A DNA stretch of 64,000 nucleotides from Dehalococcoidia bacterium (GTDB taxonomy: Bacteria; Chloroflexota; Dehalococcoidia; Lucifugimonadales; CAJWER01), in contig OZ242024.1 in the NCBI GenBank assembly GCA_965204975.1, positions 2,059,934 to 2,123,933 on the forward strand. The letters run 5' to 3'. Made by a program: the position numbers and the translations under genes. The notes beneath the pieces were generated by a model. The model searched no databases. It was not told where the DNA came from and saw only the letters and a program-made list of their open reading frames with translations. Shown in pieces: positions 58,906-64,000 of this stretch (the stretch's first letter is position 1; each line of letters begins with the position of its first letter).

Positions 58906-59283
58906 CTACGCGCCCTGGGGAAGCTGGCCGTTCTCCACGAGTCCCAGCATGTGCTCGGTGAAGTCCCGCACTATAGGACTTTCGTGGGCCCAGTCCTCTT
59001 CTTCCATGAAGCCGTGGTAGAAGTTGGAGTGGAACTTCCCGGCCAGTGCATATGCGGTCTTGATATGCGGATCGTTCCGTTCAGCCGAGATCTCCTCGAC
59101 CGCCACCCGCTGTGCGCGGTGACTGCCGCTCGGCATGTCCCGTGACTGGGCCGCAGCCATGACGGCGTGCGATGCGGCTCCCCACATTTTCTCGGAAGCC
59201 TGCATCTGGTCCCCGGCCTCGAACTCCCTCTCAGCCTGTACCAGGAAGCGCTTCGCCTGTTCTATGTGTTCTTCGGTGGTCAT
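58906..59283 (-). CDS. PaREP1-like helical protein
   Basis: ASEKMWGAASHAVMAAA...SHRAQ...AGKFHSNFYHG resembles the PaREP1 family pattern (EK.WGAA...SH...LH.NFY). Confidence 0.6.
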   Translation of the reverse strand: MTTEEHIEQAKRFLVQAEREFEAGDQMQASEKMWGAASHAVMAAAQSRDMPSGSHRAQRVAVEEISAERNDPHIKTAYALAGKFHSNFYHGFMEEEDWAHESPIVRDFTEHMLGLVENGQLPQGA

Positions 59284-59368
59284 CGATGGCTGCCATGCTC
59301 CATTCAGAGAATCATCCTAACACACGGCTGATTGGGGTATCATCTGTTCCCTGGAGGCTATCGACAGC

Positions 59369-60793
59369 ATGGATAACCACGTTCGGGTAAGGCTTGCGCC
59401 GAGTCCCACGGGCAGCCCTCACGTCGGCATGATGCGCACGGCGATATACAACTGGCTCTTCGCCCGCGGGCGCGGCGGCACCTTCATCGTCAGGATCGAG
59501 GACACCGACCAGGGCCGCCTCGTCGAGGGCTCGGTCGACGAGATGCTGGAGTCGCTGCGCTGGCTGGGCATCGAGTGGGACGAGGGCCCGGATGTCGGCG
59601 GCCCCAACGCCCCCTACCACCAGTCCCAGCGGCTCGACGACTACCACCGCGTCGCCGATCTGCTGATCGAGCGAGGCGCGGCGTACCGGGGCGACTGTCG
59701 CCCTGAGCGGCTTGAGACGGCGCGCAAGGAGCGCGGCGGCTCCGACAGGAAGGGCGGTGACGCCGCCGAGTCGGATGATTCCGGGTCCTCGGTCGTGCGG
59801 TTCGCGATGCCCACCGAGGGCACGACCGTCCTGGACGACCTGATACGCGGCAGGGTGGAGTTCGAGAACGGGCTGGTGGACGACTTCGTGCTGCTCAAGT
59901 CGGACGGCTTCCCCACCTACCACCTCGCCAGCATCGTGGATGACCGCTCGATGGGCATCACCCACGTCTTCCGGGGCGAGGAGTGGCTGCCCAGCGTGCC
60001 CCGTCACCTGCAGATCTACAAGGCCCTGGGCTGGGAGCCCCCCCAGTTCGTCCACCTGCCCCAGATACTCGCGCCCGACAGGTCGAAGCTCAGCAAGCGG
60101 CACGGCGCAGTCTCGGTCCGCGAGTACCGCGAGATGGGCTACCTGCCCGAGGCGATGGTCAACTTCCTCGCGCTGCTCGGCTGGTCACTCGACGACAAGA
60201 CCGAGGTCATGTCGACGGGTGAGCTCAAGCGGGCGTTCTCGCTGGAGCGGGTGTCGAGGTCGGGCGCGATGTTCGACACCAAGAAGCTGGAGTGGATGAA
60301 CGGGCACTACATCCGGGGGATGGAGCCCGGCGACCTGGCGGACGCGCTGCTCGACTACTGGCGCGCCTTCCCCGGCGAGGGAATCGACCCCCTGCCGGAC
60401 CGCGGTCTCGTGGAGCGCATCGTCCCCCTCGTGCGGGAGCGGCTGAAGACGCTGCGGGACGCCGCGCCGCTCATCGGCTTCTTCTTCCAGGACGGCGTGG
60501 AGTACGAGACCGCCGAGCTCGTGCAGAGGAAGATGGACGAGGCGGGCACGAAGCAGGTCCTGTCGAGATCCCACGACGCGCTGGCGGCGCTCGACTCCTT
60601 CGACGAGGACTCCATCGAGGCGGCCCTCAGGGAGCTGGCGGGCGAGCTCGACCTCAAGGTCGGCCAGCTGCTCGGCTCGATCCGCGTCGCCACCACCGGC
60701 CTGAAGGTCGCACCGCCCCTGTTCGGGACCCTCGAAATCCTCGGCAGGGAGCGGTCGCTCGACGCCATCGCCGGGGCAGCCGGCCGGCTGTAG
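59369..60793 (+). CDS. gltX: Glutamate--tRNA ligase
   Basis: RLAPSPTGSPHVGMMRTA (HIGH-type), KLSKRHG (KMSKS-type). 474 aa. Confidence 0.96.
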   Translation: MDNHVRVRLAPSPTGSPHVGMMRTAIYNWLFARGRGGTFIVRIEDTDQGRLVEGSVDEMLESLRWLGIEWDEGPDVGGPNAPYHQSQRLDDYHRVADLLIERGAAYRGDCRPERLETARKERGGSDRKGGDAAESDDSGSSVVRFAMPTEGTTVLDDLIRGRVEFENGLVDDFVLLKSDGFPTYHLASIVDDRSMGITHVFRGEEWLPSVPRHLQIYKALGWEPPQFVHLPQILAPDRSKLSKRHGAVSVREYREMGYLPEAMVNFLALLGWSLDDKTEVMSTGELKRAFSLERVSRSGAMFDTKKLEWMNGHYIRGMEPGDLADALLDYWRAFPGEGIDPLPDRGLVERIVPLVRERLKTLRDAAPLIGFFFQDGVEYETAELVQRKMDEAGTKQVLSRSHDALAALDSFDEDSIEAALRELAGELDLKVGQLLGSIRVATTGLKVAPPLFGTLEILGRERSLDAIAGAAGRL

Positions 60794-60810
60794 TCCCGCT
60801 GCCTGGCGAG

Positions 60811-61218
60811 ATGCAAGACAGCGGCGAGGGGGGGCTCCCCCGGCTCGTCCTCGTGGACGGCAACAACGTCATGGGCTCGCGCCCCGACGGCTGGTGGCGG
60901 GACCGGCGCCGGGCGATGCAGCGGCTCGTCGACGAGGTGGCGGCACATGCTGCCCAATCCGCTGACGAGTGGATGATCGTCTTCGACGGCCGCCCACGAA
61001 GCCTGACCGCCCCGCCCGATGCCTCGCTCCGCATCGACTACTCCGAGCGGCGCGGCAAGAACGCGGCCGACGACCGCATCGCCGAGATCGCCGCCGACTC
61101 CACGCCACACCGCAGCGTGCTCGTCTACACCTCCGACCGCGACCTCCGCTCCCGCGTCACACTATTCGGCGCAGAGGTTCACGGCGCCGGCACCCTGCGC
61201 CGGATGCTCACCCGGTAG
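60811..61218 (+). CDS. NYN/PIN-like YacP (Rae1)-family protein
   Basis: LVLVDGNNVMGSRPDGWW, VFDG, NAADDRI, VYTSDRDL. ATG at 60811. Confidence 0.75.
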   Translation: MQDSGEGGLPRLVLVDGNNVMGSRPDGWWRDRRRAMQRLVDEVAAHAAQSADEWMIVFDGRPRSLTAPPDASLRIDYSERRGKNAADDRIAEIAADSTPHRSVLVYTSDRDLRSRVTLFGAEVHGAGTLRRMLTR

Positions 61219-61404
61219 GAGTACCCCAACCGTTGGGAGAGGTTTTCGCCGAATTCTGTTCCAAATTGTTTCATGTCGTTCCACTGCTATCTTTGCCGTA
61301 CCTGGGGCTGTTGGTACTGGAGCCTTCCATGCAGGTATAATAGCACTGGTGTTCTGGCGGGTCAAGCGGCCGCATGACCTCATTGTTTTGGCTGCCGAGC
61401 CGGG

Positions 61405-61490
61405 GGGGATTTAACCGCAGAGGGCGCGGAGGTCGCGGAGGGGAGAGGGGGATTTAACCACAGAGGGCACAGAGGTCACGGAGGGGAGAG
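61405..61490. repeat. 2 x 43-bp units, reverse complement of the 12648-12790 array
   Basis: TTAACC at 61411 and 61454. Unit 1 is the CG-type (ccgcagagggcgcggaggtcgcggagg) and unit 2 the CA-type (ccacagagggcacagaggtcacggagg). Confidence 0.9.
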
Positions 61491-61503
61491 GGGATGAAGG
61501 GGG

Positions 61504-61655
61504 ATGGGGATGTGGAACGGGATGGTGGGATGTGGAGCGGCGATGGACGGATGTGGGGCGGCGATGGACGGATGTGGGGCGGCGATGGACGGATGTGGGG
61601 CGGCGATGGACGGATGTGGAGCGGCGATGGACGGATGTGGGGCGGGGATGGTGGC
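61504..61655. repeat. ~7 x 21-bp tandem array (GATGGACGGATGTGGRGCGGC), reverse complement of 12411-12578
   Basis: Contiguous 21-mers read directly. Confidence 0.9.
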
Positions 61656-61678
61656 GAGGGGTTTGCCAAGGGGGAGTC

Positions 61679-61715
61679 CTTAACCACAGAGAACACAGAG
61701 AGCACAGAGACAAGG
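61679..61715. repeat. Degenerate third 43-mer-type unit (CTTAACCACAGAGAACACAGAGAGCACAGAGACAAGG)
   Basis: It has the same TTAACC-CAGAG-CAC-GAG skeleton with further G-to-A changes. Confidence 0.7.
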
Positions 61716-62197
61716 AGTTGTGGGGGCAGGGAGTCTTGGAAAGGGGAGGGTCGGGAGGAGGGGCGACGGGATCCCCCTCAGTGCGCCGCGTCACGCGGCA
61801 TAGGATACCTAGCTCAGCCAGGGAGAACTCGGAGAAAGTTCTTGGGTCAGCCTACAGTCGCGCTAGATACGTCCTATGTCGATGACACCGGGACGAGGTT
61901 TAGACCGAGTACGACAGGGAAACCTTGCACGAAGCTAGATCGTCGCACCACTGGTGCAGACCAGCAGCAACAGCAGAAGCATGACTGCGGCTAACAACAT
62001 TAACCCGCAGCCGCAACCTAAGCGGCTCGTCTCTTTCGCCCCTGCGGCTATGTCTTCAGTGACTCTCCCATACTCGCGCATGCTGTTGCCTTCCATCCCA
62101 CCGCAAGCAATTGCAGGGTATCAGGATGTGCAGACCCGCCTAGTGCAGGCTACCGAGAACACCAGTCACGGGCAGACGCACCTGGCCCTCCAAGGCC

Positions 62198-63052
62198 CTA
62201 GGCGATGTACCTCTCGACGAACCCTTGCGGGAAACCAGCCACCTTGTCGAGCACATACTCCGGCGCTACCTCGCCACGCGCGCCGGGCGGGTATGCGGCC
62301 TCGAACATATAGTAGCCCTGGTAGTCGATGTCCTTGAAGGCATCGAACACCCCCGCCCAGGCAATGTCCCCATCCAGCGGGGAGAAGTGGTCGCGGTCAA
62401 CCCAGTCGTGCAGGTGCAGATGGAACAGCCGGGATCCGCACTGCGCCATCGTCTCGCGGGCGCGCTCGGCCTTTATGAACGGGTTCACCTCGTCGTCGTC
62501 CCGCGTGTGCCCGATATCCACCACCATCCCGAACCGGTCCGAGCCGACCTTGTCCACGAAGGCCGTGTAGTCGGCCAGGTCCTGCCCGTTCTCGATGGTT
62601 AGCTTAATTGCGGTGCCTTCAAGCTGATCGAGCATCTCGTAAATGCTCTTCTCAGACGGCTCCTCCGGCCGGAAGTGGCACACCATGACTCCGGCTCCGA
62701 GCTCCTCCGAGTTCTTTGCCGCCGCCACGCCCTGCTCGACGGCCTTCTTCCGGTTGTCCTCATCATCCGAGTTGAACAGGTATCCCGGGCAGTGTGTCGA
62801 TACGATGGATATCCCGGCGCTCTCGCACTCGGCCCGCAGCCACGACGTGTACTTCGAGTCGGCTACGTCCAGATGCCCAGGATTGCCGAGACCGCATACC
62901 TCGACGTGGCGGATGCCCCGCTCGGCGATCATCTCGATGTCCTTCGACTGCAGCAGCCGGTCACGCTCGAACACAATAGTTGAAGTGCCCAGCCGCTCCG
63001 TGATCTCGTCCGATGTCCAGCCGTATGCTGACATGCCGTTCGTCTCAGTCAT
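62198..63052 (-). CDS. Sugar phosphate isomerase/epimerase (xylose isomerase-like TIM barrel)
   Basis: 284 aa. GIRHVEV, VVDIGHT, LHLHD metal-ligand motifs. Confidence 0.88.
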   Translation of the reverse strand: MTETNGMSAYGWTSDEITERLGTSTIVFERDRLLQSKDIEMIAERGIRHVEVCGLGNPGHLDVADSKYTSWLRAECESAGISIVSTHCPGYLFNSDDEDNRKKAVEQGVAAAKNSEELGAGVMVCHFRPEEPSEKSIYEMLDQLEGTAIKLTIENGQDLADYTAFVDKVGSDRFGMVVDIGHTRDDDEVNPFIKAERARETMAQCGSRLFHLHLHDWVDRDHFSPLDGDIAWAGVFDAFKDIDYQGYYMFEAAYPPGARGEVAPEYVLDKVAGFPQGFVERYIA

Positions 63053-63194
63053 TGGGGCTCCTCAAGTTGCGGATTCGACGGCCTGCACCGGCACGCCGTC
63101 AGGTACCGTACTTGGGACTCCATGACAGTGTCAACACGAACCGAAGGCGACCCCATATCCACCATCTAACGGCAACGCTGGCCGTAGGCAAGTC

Positions 63195-63221
63195 GAGGGC
63201 GGGTTTCAAACCCGCCCCTAC
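63195..63221. repeat. Family A hairpin repeat (reverse orientation)
   Basis: The 26-nt core agggcgggtttcaaacccgcccctac (63196-63221) is the exact reverse complement of the 50042-50067 copy. Confidence 0.85.
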
Positions 63222-63346
63222 AGGGTGACGCACGACAGATATGGCGCCATTGCGTAGGAGGTGGATTTGGGGCGACTACGTTCGCTTGCCCAAGCGTTAG
63301 TCGGGAATCGTTCGTGATGGGCTTGTCGAATCATGAACGGAGTTAC

Positions 63347-63374
63347 GACCCTTCGACAGGCTCAGAGCTTGCCC
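63347..63374. repeat. Family C repeat
   Basis: gacccttcgacaggctcagagcttgccc. Confidence 0.7.
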
Positions 63375-63432
63375 CCACGCCAGGGCGACTCAGCGAGTCG
63401 CCCCTACAGATCGGACGACATCCCTACAGGTC

Positions 63433-63452
63433 GGACGACATGACGGGTGGCC
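63433..63452. repeat. Family E repeat
   Basis: ggacgacatgacgggtggcc. It is preceded by a 2 x 20-nt direct repeat CCTACAGRTCGGACGACAT (63403-63442). Confidence 0.8.
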
Positions 63453-63652
63453 GGGCGCTACTTTCATGGCAACGACGCACCGCTAGACGCGCATTCCCGT
63501 CCGGATATCCTGGCAGTCCACTCATACTGCTACGACTAGCGATTCGAAGCTCTCTTCGGGTACCGGCAAGCCGTCGTCCTCGAGAGCGGCGATGTACTCA
63601 GTTATCGCCTCCCTGATGTTGACGATGGCTGACTCCCTGGCCCTCCAAGGCC

Positions 63653-64000
63653 CTAGGCGATGTACCTCTCGACGAACCCTTGCGGGAAACCGGCCACCTT
63701 GTCGAGCACATACTCCGGCGCTACCTCGCCACGCGCGCCGGGCGGGTAGGCGGCCTCGAACATGTAGTAGCCCTGGTAGTCGATGTCCTTGAAGGCATCG
63801 AACACCCCCGCCCAGGCAATCTCCCCATCCAGCGGGGAGAAGTGGTCGCGGTCAACCCAGTCGTGCAGGTGCAGGTGGAACAGCCGGGACCCGCACTGCG
63901 CCATCGTCTCGCGGGCGCGCTCGGCCTTTATGAACGGGTTTACCTCGTCGTCGTCCCGCGTGTGCCCGATATCCACCACCATCCCGAACCGGTCCGAGCC
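63653..64000 (-). CDS. Sugar phosphate isomerase/epimerase, second copy (C-terminal part; gene continues past the window end)
   Basis: The frame stays open to nt 64000 (..GSDRFGMVVDIGHT..). It shows 7 mismatches in 366 nt and 1 aa change (D to E) relative to 62198-62545. Confidence 0.85.
   Translation of the reverse strand, partial: GSDRFGMVVDIGHTRDDDEVNPFIKAERARETMAQCGSRLFHLHLHDWVDRDHFSPLDGEIAWAGVFDAFKDIDYQGYYMFEAAYPPGARGEVAPEYVLDKVAGFPQGFVERYIA

Noticed and set aside
61800-61870. tRNA-like sequence (TAGCTCAGCCAGGGAGAAC)
   Set aside because: Only a D-arm-like match is present. There is no T-arm GTTCRANYC, no acceptor-stem complementarity and no convincing anticodon stem.

Overview
High-GC bacterial chromosomal segment. 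Coding density is about 85% and I found no transposase, integrase or CRISPR array. The gene content and the dense set of short GC-rich palindromic intergenic repeats suggest a Chloroflexota/SAR202-like oligotroph. The relevant content is LLM flavin oxidoreductase, enolase-superfamily, SDR, amidohydrolase-2, aldo-keto reductase and sulfotransferase paralog types. That taxonomic placement is inference only. Housekeeping content: an ABC exporter pair, an SbcC/Rad50-like ATPase, uvrC, pxpABC, a 23S rRNA followed by initiator tRNA-fMet, the operon rplI-dnaB-dnaD-like-dnaC-like, lspA-rluD, and gltX followed by a NYN/YacP-like gene. Accessory content: a class II Fic protein, a RelE/ParE toxin-antitoxin pair, a four-helix-bundle (23S IVS-type) gene cassette, a PaREP1-like protein, an RHH plus arrestin-like gene pair, and a Kv-type K+ channel. 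There are also two ~1050-aa BNR/Asp-box paralogs, a kbl-SDR-2xSelA-like cluster and an enolase-superfamily/ThrC-like pair. The signals most worth a second look are listed here. (1) Two homologous composite tandem-repeat loci (21-mer array plus 43-mer array plus a conserved ATAATAGCAC core) lie in inverted orientation 49 kb apart, each in a 979-bp gene desert. (2) The 23S rRNA is unlinked, ~3.1 kb long, carries apparent expansion segments, has a long leader/trailer processing stem and a near-consensus promoter, and has no adjacent 16S or 5S. (3) A single polypeptide carries two DnaC/DnaI-type AAA+ modules. (4) At least five families of REP/MITE-like intergenic repeats are present. (5) A 98%-identical direct duplication sits at the window end. 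Nothing here can be called a new defence or other system from sequence alone. All functional calls rest on motifs read from the translations; no database search was run.
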